Source of the DNA: Polyangiales bacterium | GTDB lineage: Bacteria > Myxococcota_A > Polyangia > Polyangiales > JADJQN01 | Assembly: GCA_964202905.1 (NCBI GenBank) | Contig: CAXNJO010000001.1 | Location: forward strand, 864,001-928,000 | Length of the DNA stretch: 64,000 nt | Direction of reading: 5' to 3' | The notes under the pieces: generated by a model | What the model was told of the DNA's origin: nothing | Databases searched by the model: none | The model's input: the letters and a program-made list of their open reading frames with translations, nothing else | Shown here: in pieces, positions 46,633 to 55,466 of the stretch | Numbering within the stretch: position 1 is the stretch's first letter | How the letters are laid out: the number at the start of each line of letters is the position of its first letter | Translations under genes and position numbers: made by a program

Positions 46633-48483
46633 TCAATCGGCGTATCCCTGCCAGAACCAGCGGCGTCGGGGCCGGTCGTAGAACACCCAGAGCAGATCGC
46701 CCCGCTGCATCTCGGCCCAGTAGTAGTCGCGCTCGACGGGGACCGCGGTGCGTGAGCCCCACCACCCGCCGCTCAGCCGGAAGGGGCCGCGCAGCGCGAC
46801 GAGGGCGCCGTGCTCCCCGTGCGCCGGCCACGGATCGCCGGGGAGGGTGGGGGGATCGGGGATGGGGAGGGGCTGCGGGAGCAGCACGCGCGCGAGCCGA
46901 GGCAGCCCCTCGTGGAGCAGGGAGTCCGGTGTCTCCGGTGTTCGGAGAGAGTGAGTCATGGGCGGAGATTCGGGCGACGCCGCGACGTTGTGAGACATGG
47001 ATTCCGGCGCGCCGGAAATGCCTCGATGTGACCGTTTCGATGGGTGATCGTGGGCATGATCGGTGGTGTCGTGGGATGTGTCGTTCGATGGATGTATGGA
47101 TTCGAGAATCGTATTCTCGGAATCGAAGATCGTGTGTTCGTGCGTCGTCGCGTCCGCGCGCGCGACGTCGAAGAAGGCCGGGCTCTCCGCGGTGGGGGGC
47201 GTCACGGGCGTTGGCGCGGGCGGCGGCGTGGCGACCTCGCGCGTCGGCTCCCACGCGAAGCTCGCCTCGGGGAGGTGGGCGGGGCGCAGGCGCGCGCGCG
47301 TCACGCTCCGGGGCCCGAAGGCGGCGGACACGCGGGCGAGCGCGCGGGCCGCGGCGCGGGCGTCGCGGCGCTCGGCCTGCGGGAAGAGCGTGAGTTGCTC
47401 GGTCGGGTTGCGCGTGCCTCGCACGGTGAGCGAGAGCTGCGTGCAGCGCGACGGGAGCGCGAGCGCGCCGAGGCGCAGGCGCACCAGCTCCACGAGCAGC
47501 GCGACGTCGCGCGTCGGCTGCGCGGGTTCGAGTGAAACCGGCACCGCCTCCCCGCGCTCGACCGCGATCGTGAGCTCGAGCCGGGCGATGGCCTCGCCGC
47601 GGGGGACCAGCCGCTCGGCGAGCCCGAGGAGCGCGCCGCGGATCGCGAAGAGCAGCCGCGCGGTGTCGTCGTCCGGCGGCTCGACCTCGCACGTCGCGTG
47701 CACGGGCTCGCCGTAGGTGCGTGCCTGCACGGGCAGCGGCGCCCCGGCCGAGGCCGCCGCGTGGAGCGCCTGCGCCACCTCGCCGAAGCGGGCGCGGAGC
47801 GCGTCGCCGGGCAGCCGCAGCAGATCGCCGACCGTGTGCACCGCGAGCCGCGCGAGCGCCTCGCGCAGCGACTCCGGGAGCGCGAGCCGCGCGAGGGGGA
47901 CGGTGAGCGCGCGGTCGCGCTCTTCCTCGGGGGAGCGCAGCACGTAGACGCCCGGGCGTCGCGCCGCGAGCGCGAGGGCCTCCGTGCGGAAGCGGTGGTA
48001 GCCGACGACGAGCGCGCTGCGCAGCTCCTGCGCCGTGAGGTGCGCGTGCACTGCGGCCGCCCAGCGGCGCGTGTCGCCGAAGAGCCGCTCGAGGCCCGAG
48101 GGATCGAGGAAGAAGCGGCCATCGACGGCGCGCCCCGCGGGCTCGACGCCTGGCGTGAGCAGCGCGAGCCCCCGCGCGAGCGTGTCGCGCGCCTCGGCGA
48201 TCTGCGCCTCGTCGAGGACCGCCGCGCGCAGCGACGCGCAGAGCGCGCGGGCCGCGGCGTAGCGGGTCCCTGGCACGATCCCGGCGTCGCGTGCGGCGCC
48301 GTTTGCGTGCAGCACGAGCGCGGTCGGCGTGTCCGCGGCGAGCACGACGGCCGGGTGTGCACGCCACGCGGGCTGCGCGCGCAGCGCGAGCTGGAGCGGC
48401 AGCGCGGGCAGCTCGACGCAGGCGATGGCGTGCGGGACCGGAAGCGTGTCGCGCGCCGTGGTGTCGCGCGTGTCTGCGCTCAC
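46633..48483 (-). CDS. imuB: ImuB, catalytically inactive Y-family polymerase homolog
   Basis: IACVELPALPLQ, ANGAARDAGIVPG, TPGVE, FLDPSGL, L..L..HTVGDLLRLP..LRARFG, GPFRLSGGWW, RDYY, W...G..D; GTGA-coupled to imuA. Confidence 0.9.
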   Translation of the reverse strand: MSADTRDTTARDTLPVPHAIACVELPALPLQLALRAQPAWRAHPAVVLAADTPTALVLHANGAARDAGIVPGTRYAAARALCASLRAAVLDEAQIAEARDTLARGLALLTPGVEPAGRAVDGRFFLDPSGLERLFGDTRRWAAAVHAHLTAQELRSALVVGYHRFRTEALALAARRPGVYVLRSPEEERDRALTVPLARLALPESLREALARLAVHTVGDLLRLPGDALRARFGEVAQALHAAASAGAPLPVQARTYGEPVHATCEVEPPDDDTARLLFAIRGALLGLAERLVPRGEAIARLELTIAVERGEAVPVSLEPAQPTRDVALLVELVRLRLGALALPSRCTQLSLTVRGTRNPTEQLTLFPQAERRDARAAARALARVSAAFGPRSVTRARLRPAHLPEASFAWEPTREVATPPPAPTPVTPPTAESPAFFDVARADATTHEHTIFDSENTILESIHPSNDTSHDTTDHAHDHPSKRSHRGISGAPESMSHNVAASPESPPMTHSLRTPETPDSLLHEGLPRLARVLLPQPLPIPDPPTLPGDPWPAHGEHGALVALRGPFRLSGGWWGSRTAVPVERDYYWAEMQRGDLLWVFYDRPRRRWFWQGYAD

Positions 48484-49130
48484 GGCGCGCCCTGCGGCCC
48501 GCGTCGCACGAGCGGCCGCGCGTCGAGCGTCGCGCCGCTCTTGTTGCGCAGCACCTCCGCGTCGACGTCCCACGCGCCCGGTCCCCTGCGCCGCCGCGCG
48601 GCCCGCACGCGCACCGAGACGAGCGGCCCGACGCCGCTGCGTCGCGCGGCCTCGTCCGTCAGCACGACGAGCCGCAGCACGTGCTGCCGCGCGAGCCCCG
48701 CGAGGCGCCCCGACCACGCGTCGCCGGGGGGTACGCCGCCGCGCAGATCGACGACCACGACGCCGAAGCCGTTGGAGCGCAGCAGCAGCTCCGCGGCCCG
48801 CGCGAGCCCCGCGGCGCCGGCCGCGGCGGGCACGTGGATCACCACGAGCGCGTCGAGATCGACGCCCGACTCCGCGACGTCGGGCGGGAAGAGCCCGCCT
48901 CCTTCCGGCTGGATCCACGCGGCCGGCTCGCCCTCGCGCTGCGCCTGCGCGATCACCGCGAGCGCCGTCGTCGTGCGCGCGGAGAGCCCCGCTGCGCCCA
49001 CGAGCTCCACGAGCCGCCCCGCGGGCAGCAGCGCGGGGAGGGGCTGCGTCGCGGGCGCGGGCTGCGGCAGCGTGCTCGCTGCGTGCACGAGGTGCGGGCG
49101 CAGGGACGCTGCGGAAGACGCGTCGGTCAT
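48480..49130 (-). CDS. imuA: ImuA (RecA-like mutagenesis protein)
   Basis: GRLVELVG with degenerate Walker A, AWI...LFPPDVAESGVDLDAL, AELLLRSNGFGVVVVD; directly upstream of imuB. Confidence 0.85.
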   Translation of the reverse strand: MTDASSAASLRPHLVHAASTLPQPAPATQPLPALLPAGRLVELVGAAGLSARTTTALAVIAQAQREGEPAAWIQPEGGGLFPPDVAESGVDLDALVVIHVPAAAGAAGLARAAELLLRSNGFGVVVVDLRGGVPPGDAWSGRLAGLARQHVLRLVVLTDEAARRSGVGPLVSVRVRAARRRRGPGAWDVDAEVLRNKSGATLDARPLVRRGPQGAP

Positions 49131-49137
49131 GCCTCTG

Positions 49138-49165
49138 CGTATACTGAACGCAAAGTCAGTGTCAA
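49138..49165 (-). promoter_or_regulatory. Sigma70-type promoter of imuAB with LexA-type box between -35 and -10
   Basis: Minus strand TTGACA-CTGACTTTGCGTTCAG-TATACG; box at 49144..49159; -10 only 7 nt from the ATG, so probably a near-leaderless mRNA. Confidence 0.75.
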
Positions 49166-49343
49166 CGTGTCGTGCGTGAGCCGCGCCTCCCGATCACGCG
49201 GGCGGCGAGGGGACCCGGCTCCGTGCATCCGCTGCCGAACCCCGTCGCGCGTTCGAGATGATGCGTGGCGTCCGCCTCGGCGCCTCCGCCGGGCCCGCGG
49301 AACCCTTGCGCAGCCCGCCGGATCCAGCGCGCGTCGGCCGACC

Positions 49344-50126
49344 TCAGAAGCGCAGCGCGAAGGTGTCGGTGCGCGGGTCGAGCTGCGCGTCGGTGTTCGC
49401 CCAGACCGCGATGCCCGTGGTCGCACCGGCGAGCACGAGCACACCGACGCCCGTCCACAGCCAGGGGCTCTGCCACCAACGTGACGTCTCCGCTGCGCGC
49501 GGGAGCACGACATCGATCGATTCCTGAACACCGAAGCGGCTCTGCACGGTGCGGCGCCAGAGGCCCTGCGTGCCGCACTCCAGCTCGAGCGCATGGGTGC
49601 CTGGATCGAGCTCGACGGAGAGGGTGTCTCGCTCGCGCGACATCGTCGTCCGCTCGACGCCATCGACGCGCAGAACGACGTCACCCGATGGCACGCGGCG
49701 CAGCATCAGATGGGCGATCGCATCCGTCGCAGCCGCGAGTCCCTGTGTGGCTTCCGCGCGTGTCGGGGCATCGATCGTCACGTCGGCCAGGACGTTCGCG
49801 AATGCATCTCTCGCTTCGACGACCCGTCCGAGCGTCCGCAGGGATTCCGCGAGGTTGAGGAGCGCCACGGGCGCGTGCGTCAACGTGTACGCGCGTCGGA
49901 ACGACTCCGCTGCGGCCACCCACTGCGCACGCTCGGCCTCCGCGAGACCGCGCGCAAAACTCGTCCTCGCTTCCTCGAAGCGCGCGTCATCCGACTCTGC
50001 AGAGTCGGATTGCGGCGCTGGATTCTCCGCACGCACGGTGTCCTGTGCTTCGGCGTGCGCGCCGTGGAGTGCGATGGTGAAACAGGGAATCAGAATCCAC
50101 ACGAGACTGAGCCGGGCGGGATTCAT
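49344..50126 (-). CDS. TPR + PEGA-like exported protein with C-terminal TM
   Basis: Signal peptide AHA-EAQ; ARTSFARG...FRRAY...LLNLA; VDG...ELDPGTH; WWQSPWLWTGVG. Confidence 0.75.
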   Translation of the reverse strand: MNPARLSLVWILIPCFTIALHGAHAEAQDTVRAENPAPQSDSAESDDARFEEARTSFARGLAEAERAQWVAAAESFRRAYTLTHAPVALLNLAESLRTLGRVVEARDAFANVLADVTIDAPTRAEATQGLAAATDAIAHLMLRRVPSGDVVLRVDGVERTTMSRERDTLSVELDPGTHALELECGTQGLWRRTVQSRFGVQESIDVVLPRAAETSRWWQSPWLWTGVGVLVLAGATTGIAVWANTDAQLDPRTDTFALRF

Positions 50127-51877
50127 GGGCGGACCTGGCGTGTGAATTCGTCGAGCGAGTGAAGCCTCGAAGGTGGGTTTCGCAGAGGTGTTTCCGGCGC
50201 GGTGGGACCCTCCGCAGGCGCGTCGTCGTGTGCGGGCGGCGAGGGCGTCGTCGGCGTGGCGGCGGCTCTCGACCCCGACGCGGAGGCCGTCTCGGGGCCG
50301 GATGCAGGCTCCCGAGCCGCGCGATCACGCGTCGGCCGAGGTCGCTGCGCCGGGGCGGTCTCCAGCTGGGAGTCGCCGTCGTCCGCGCGTGGGTCGCGTG
50401 GCGTGGTCGGCAGTGCGGGCGCTGGCGTCGACGGGTCCGCGACACCCGACGATCCGCGCACCGACGCACCGGACGCGGGGGGATGCGCCAGGCCCGCATC
50501 GTCGTGTACGTCTGGACGGATCGCCTCGTCACGAGACGTCGGCGACGACGAGATCAGCCGCATCGTCGCGGCGTTGTGAATGGATGTCACGCTGGCGTGC
50601 CGCAGCGAGAGCGTCACGACCGTCGTCGTCAGCGCGAGGAGCGCGCCCGCGAGCAGCACCGCGATGCGCCACCGTCGGGGCGGACGCGCACCGGCTGGAG
50701 GTCGCGTCGGCGCGGGGGTGTCGATGGCGATGTGGGTGATGGATGGCGTATCGCGCGCCGGGGCGGGTACGGACGCGCTCTCGGTGATGGGATGGGCCTC
50801 CGCCTCGCCGCCGCTCGCGTCGCCGGATTCCTCTTCGTCGCGCGCAGCGCCTCCCTTCATCGGCTCCGGCGTGATCGCCGCGCGCAGATCGGCTTCGAGG
50901 TGCCGCAGAAAGGTGCCGCCGTGCGTCGTGACGAAGTCTCCGAGGGCTGCCGTGTCGGCCCCCGCAGCGGCCGCGCGCAGAGCGCGTTCGAACGCGCGCG
51001 CGTCCGGCCAGCGTCGGGCCGGATCGCGCTCGAGCGCACGCGAGATCGCCTCGGCGATGGCCGGGGCCGCGTCGGGTCGGTAGGTCGTGACGGGCGGGAT
51101 CGGCTCCGACGCGACCGCCTTGAGGGTCTCGAGCGTGCCTCGCCCCCCGAAGAGCCGACGCCCGGTACACACCTCCCAGCCCACGACACCGAGCGCCCAC
51201 ACGTCGACGCGACGGTCGTAGACCTGATTCGTCAGCTGCTCGGGCGCGAAGTACGCGTGCTTGCCCTTGAGGTCGCCGGTGTTCGTGCGCGTCGCGCGCT
51301 CGATGGCGCGGGCGACGCCGAAATCGGTGATGCGCGCGCGCCCCCGCGCATCGACGAGGATGTTCTGCGGGCTGACGTCGCGATGGACGATCTCGAGCGG
51401 ACGGCCCGTCGGCGTTCGCGCTTCGTGGGCGTCGTGGAGCCCGGCCGCGGCCTGCGCGAGGACCTCGATGGCGAGATCGAGGGGAAAGACCAACCCGGCG
51501 CGGTCGACCGTGCGCTGGAGGTGGTGGAGCGAGACGCCGGAGACGAACTCGAGGACGAGATAGGGCTCGCCGTCGGGGCCACGGTCTAGGTCCAGCGTCT
51601 GCACCACGTGCGGGCTGTCGATCGCCGCCGCGATGCGGCCCTCGTCGAGGAACATGTCGACGAAACCGTCGTCTTCGACGAGGTTCGGGAGCATCCGCTT
51701 GATCGCGACGAGGCGCTCGAACCGTCCCTCGCCGGCGAGCCGGGCGGCATAGACCTGCGCCATTCCGCCGTTGGCGATGGGCGCGAGGATCTCGTAGCGT
51801 CCGCAGCGCGTCCCGCGCGCCCAGGCGAGAGGGCGACGCGTGTCGCCGTCGGCGGATGCGAACGCGCGAGGAGACAC
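50123..51877 (-). CDS. Membrane Ser/Thr protein kinase
   Basis: GGMAQV, VAIK, HRDVSPQN, DFG, YFAPEQ, DVWALG; TM then Pro-rich tail; start uncertain (51877 or 51895). Confidence 0.93.
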   Translation of the reverse strand: MSPRAFASADGDTRRPLAWARGTRCGRYEILAPIANGGMAQVYAARLAGEGRFERLVAIKRMLPNLVEDDGFVDMFLDEGRIAAAIDSPHVVQTLDLDRGPDGEPYLVLEFVSGVSLHHLQRTVDRAGLVFPLDLAIEVLAQAAAGLHDAHEARTPTGRPLEIVHRDVSPQNILVDARGRARITDFGVARAIERATRTNTGDLKGKHAYFAPEQLTNQVYDRRVDVWALGVVGWEVCTGRRLFGGRGTLETLKAVASEPIPPVTTYRPDAAPAIAEAISRALERDPARRWPDARAFERALRAAAAGADTAALGDFVTTHGGTFLRHLEADLRAAITPEPMKGGAARDEEESGDASGGEAEAHPITESASVPAPARDTPSITHIAIDTPAPTRPPAGARPPRRWRIAVLLAGALLALTTTVVTLSLRHASVTSIHNAATMRLISSSPTSRDEAIRPDVHDDAGLAHPPASGASVRGSSGVADPSTPAPALPTTPRDPRADDGDSQLETAPAQRPRPTRDRAAREPASGPETASASGSRAAATPTTPSPPAHDDAPAEGPTAPETPLRNPPSRLHSLDEFTRQVRP

Positions 51878-52018
51878 GGAGATCCTCCACAACATCCGGC
51901 GCGCGACGCTGTCGAGCCTACCGAACCGCCCGGGTGTCCGCGTCGAGCGCCGACGCCGACGTCTCTCCGTGACGGGCGCGAGGCACCGCCCCGATGGCCG
52001 TGCCCCGTCGCCCCGACG

Positions 52019-52676
52019 TCAGCGGCAGACCGTCGCGCGGATCTCGAAGCGCGCGGGGGGCGTGCTCAGTCCCGAGACGAAGCATTGCACCCACACGGAG
52101 GTCGCGTCGCCGAGCTCCGAGCGGGCCGGGTCGAAGAGGCACGAGGTGTCGTAGAAGTAGACCGGGGTTGTAGATGTCCGCCGCCCCCCGAGTTCGCCAG
52201 CGAACAACGCTCGCCGTTGCAGGCCACTGCGGTCGCGCTCACGCCGGCGCCGACCCAGGCCGAATACGTCGCCGAGCTCGACGACCATGACCGGGATGTC
52301 CGTCGATGCCCGCGGTCCGGACGCGCGACCGGCCAATCTGTGAAACGACGTGTCGACATGTGTGCAGTCGAGTCCGTACTCCGTCGATGCGAGGATGGTC
52401 GATACGTCACGCTCGCGGGGATCGGTGGCGCTCGGATTCGGCGACCGCGATCGCGCTCCCGAACGTGAGCGCGCTGTCGCCCGAGTCGAACGCAAAGGAC
52501 CCCACGGGCTCCGGCGGGGGACCCGCATCGACGGCGGGCGGAGGCCCGCTGTCCGAGGCGGGGGGCATCCCTGCATCGACCACACCACCCACATCGGGAG
52601 TCGGGCTGTCATCACACGCACCCGCGAGCATGGCGACGAAGAGAATCCAGATTCCGTGTTTCGGAGACGCAGGCAT
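52019..52676 (-). CDS. Hypothetical lipoprotein; frameshift near 52435
   Basis: LAGAC lipobox and DAG linker in ORF 52407..52676; continuation in the 52019 frame; AGAGG RBS. Confidence 0.5.
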
Positions 52677-52763
52677 GATGTCAACCTCTGTTTGATAGGA
52701 TGTATTGGATCGGATTTGAATGCGAACGATGGCGTCGCGGTCAGGATTGCACTGCCGACGCTG

Positions 52764-54095
52764 TCACGGCTTGCGTACGCGGTAGAGGCGCGAACCGGTT
52801 CCGAATCCCGGAGGCGGAAGCTCGTCCCAGTAGAGGGCAGTGGTGGTCGCGAGCATGCGATTTGCGCCCATCCGACCCGTGACGACGTCGATGGTTGCGC
52901 CGCCCGTCGTCGCAACGTAGACGATGCGGCGTTGCGGGCCGCTGCGGTCGGTCTGCGGCGCCACGCAGTAGAGGCGAGCCTCGTCGACCTCGAGTTCGTA
53001 ACAGAACACATCCGCGAGGCGGGTGACTGCACCATCGCTCCGGGCGATGCGGTATACGCCGTCGATTGACGTCGAGGGCGTCGTGAGTGTCCCCATGGCG
53101 ACGTAGAACGCGTCTGCGGCTGCTTCCAGACCGAAAGGCATGCCATCGAACGTGAGCGATGCGGTCGTCTCCATCCCGCCATCGAGGGGGATCATGTGGA
53201 GGGTCCACGTCGTGCCGCTGCGTGACCAGTAGCCTGCAGCATCCGACGTGATGGTCAGGTAGGTGTTCCCGCAGGAAATCGCGGTTGCGAGGACGCGTAC
53301 GTGGGCCAGATCGCGCCCATAGAGATGGATCGAGCAATCCGTCGCAAAGGACGATCCCGTGGGTGACTCCACGGTCACGACGTTCGCGCCGTCGCGGTGC
53401 ACCTCCCGGACGACGGCCTCCTGTCCGGTCAGCGTCTCGACGGCGAGGGTCCGTGACTCGAAAAGTCCAGCCGTGTTTCGAACCGGCTCGCTGAAGCTGC
53501 CGACCCACCCGATACCATCCGCAAGGGGCGCGGGTTCCAAGCGCGATGCGGGCTCGGTCAGAGGGAACGCGGTGCCTGCCGAGTCGATGGCGAGCACCCG
53601 GTCGATCGGGAATCCGACGGCTCCGCCATTCGACATCGCGAAGGGGACGCCTCCGAGGACGTGGAACGCCAGCGCGCCGAAATACATTCCGTCGAACAGG
53701 AGTTCCGGCGTCGAAGTCGACGGCGCGCGATCGGGGCGCGGCACGAACGGCAGCGGAGGCAACCCCGTCGACATGCCGCCGTCTGCGATGCCCGCATCGA
53801 CGTCCATCGGACTCCCCGCATCGACGTCCATCGGACTCCCTGCATCGATGCCCATCGGATTGCCAGCGTCGATGTCCATCGGATTGCCAGCGTCGATGTC
53901 CATCGGATTGCCAGCGTCGATGTCCATCGGATTGCCAGCGTCGTCCCCAGGCGGAGTCTGCATGTCGGGTGAGAGGCCCGCGTCCGCTGCCGGTTCGCCC
54001 GGATCGGGGTCAGAGCCGCAGCCGACCGAGACGAGCGTCAGCATGGTGAGCAGCAACAAGGCGGTGGAACGGGTCCGGAATGAGGGGTGGTGCAT
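52764..54095 (-). CDS. Lipoprotein with PMDIDAGN repeats and beta-propeller-like domain
   Basis: VSVGC lipobox; six 8-aa repeats; blades such as LEVDEARLYCV and LATTTALYWD. Confidence 0.75.
   Translation of the reverse strand: MHHPSFRTRSTALLLLTMLTLVSVGCGSDPDPGEPAADAGLSPDMQTPPGDDAGNPMDIDAGNPMDIDAGNPMDIDAGNPMGIDAGSPMDVDAGSPMDVDAGIADGGMSTGLPPLPFVPRPDRAPSTSTPELLFDGMYFGALAFHVLGGVPFAMSNGGAVGFPIDRVLAIDSAGTAFPLTEPASRLEPAPLADGIGWVGSFSEPVRNTAGLFESRTLAVETLTGQEAVVREVHRDGANVVTVESPTGSSFATDCSIHLYGRDLAHVRVLATAISCGNTYLTITSDAAGYWSRSGTTWTLHMIPLDGGMETTASLTFDGMPFGLEAAADAFYVAMGTLTTPSTSIDGVYRIARSDGAVTRLADVFCYELEVDEARLYCVAPQTDRSGPQRRIVYVATTGGATIDVVTGRMGANRMLATTTALYWDELPPPGFGTGSRLYRVRKP
53791..53943. repeat. 24-bp coding tandem repeat, about 6.4 copies
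   Basis: CC(C/T/A)GC(A/G)TCGA(C/T)G(T/C)CCATCGGA(CTC/TTG) units with no spacers. Confidence 0.9.
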
Positions 54096-54166
54096 GGCTC
54101 TCTGGTGGGCGATGGGTGGTGCAACGGTGGGTGGATGAAAACGCGTGGCGGGAGTACGGGCGCGGT

Positions 54167-55093
54167 TCAGAAGATCTCGCTGAGCAGGGCGCCGGCCGAG
54201 CAGATGCCCGCGCCGATTCCCGCGCCCGGTACGGCGCCGATGCCGCCGAGCGTGGCCCCACCGACACCGCCCCAGATCGCGCCGAGCACGTCTGCGCCGA
54301 TCACGTTTCCCCAACGGATGCGCGCTGCGGGCACGGGCGGGTCGTCGCCCAGCCAGGGGCTCCCCGCCGCCGTCGCCTCGCGGCTCCAGTAACCCATGCT
54401 GTGGCGCGCGACGGCCGACGCGATCAGCACGATGTCCGCTTCGTCTGCCGACATGCGCCGCTGCGCGTTCGCCTCGATGGCGGCGATCTCGCGGTCGGCC
54501 GCCGGCACCTCGTCGATCGTCGCGGGCAGCGCCGCGAAGATGCCATCGAGGCTCGCGCGCTGTGCGTCCGTGAAGGGCGTGGTCCGCGCGGCGCGGTCGA
54601 GCACCGCGCCGACAGCGCGGAGATAGGCGTCTCGATCCTCGACGTTGAGCGTCCTCGACACCGCGGCGAGCGAACCGCTCGCGACGTCCGACGCGCGGAC
54701 ATCGCAGTCGCGCAGCGCGCTCTGCGCGCAGAACGCGTCGACCACGGGCGCGACCGACGCGAGGAGCCGCGTCTCGTCCGTCGCTGCGCGCAGGGCCTTC
54801 ATGTCCGCGGCGGCCGCATCGAGGAGCAGGCCGTGCATCGCGGCGATCGCCTCGTAGCGCGCCGGATCGCCCGGGAGCGGCGCGTCGTCGGACGCCGTGT
54901 CGCTCCCGCGGTCCTTCAGCGCGCCCTGCGTCGCGCCCACCTCGGTGTCGGTCGCGGTGCCCGCGTCGTCCATGAAGCCCGGATCGAAGGGACTCGGGCC
55001 GTCACCCGACGTGCAGCCGACGGCGGCGAGTGCGAGGGCTGCCGCGAGAATCGTGATCGAACGGAGACGGCGTGATGTGGACGTGATCGACAT
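54167..55093 (-). CDS. Lipoprotein with helical body and bacteriocin-like glycine-zipper C-terminus
   Basis: LAAVGC lipobox; ASAVARHSMGYW; WGNVIGADVLGAIWGGVGGATLGGIGAVPGAGIGAGICSAG; GGAGG RBS. Confidence 0.75.
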   Translation of the reverse strand: MSITSTSRRLRSITILAAALALAAVGCTSGDGPSPFDPGFMDDAGTATDTEVGATQGALKDRGSDTASDDAPLPGDPARYEAIAAMHGLLLDAAAADMKALRAATDETRLLASVAPVVDAFCAQSALRDCDVRASDVASGSLAAVSRTLNVEDRDAYLRAVGAVLDRAARTTPFTDAQRASLDGIFAALPATIDEVPAADREIAAIEANAQRRMSADEADIVLIASAVARHSMGYWSREATAAGSPWLGDDPPVPAARIRWGNVIGADVLGAIWGGVGGATLGGIGAVPGAGIGAGICSAGALLSEIF

Positions 55094-55120
55094 GGAGAAC
55101 CTCCTCGAGACGCCCTCTTG

Positions 55121-55136
55121 AGCAACCCTCGTGCCG
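55121..55136 (-). promoter_or_regulatory. Sigma54 -24/-12 promoter
   Basis: Minus strand CGGCACGAGGGTTGCT matches TGGCACG-N4-TTGC; 28 nt upstream of ATG 55093. Confidence 0.8.
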
Positions 55137-55209
55137 CGCCGCGATGGCCCCGGAGGCCCCCAAAAATCAGGGGTCTCGCGTGCGCCTCGGCATGCACGTG
55201 GCAGCGCGC

Positions 55210-55260
55210 TGCGACGCGCGCGTCGCACGATCGCCCGACCGTGCGACGCCGGCGTCGCAC
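55210..55260. promoter_or_regulatory. Pair of palindromic upstream activator sites (putative EBP binding sites)
   Basis: TGCGACGC-GC-GCGTCGCA at 55210..55227 and TGCGACGC-CG-GCGTCGCA at 55242..55259, 32 bp apart. Confidence 0.6.
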
Positions 55261-55466
55261 CTCTCGCGGCTCGGCTGCGACCGTGTGAACCCGCTCTCGA
55301 CGACGCGCTGCGTCTCCGGCGCGGCCATCGCGGGTCGAACGAGGCGGGCGCGCTCGGCGTGTCGCGCACGAATCCGTGTTCGCGCCGCTCTCCGAGCGGG
55401 TACGGCTCGTGCGCCGTGCGATCCGGACGGCGCCCGGTGCGCGAGAAACAGGGAGTAGGTCACGCG

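Noticed and set aside
53791..53943. 24-bp repeats as a possible CRISPR array
   Set aside because: Head-to-tail with no spacers, in frame within a lipoprotein linker, no cas genes
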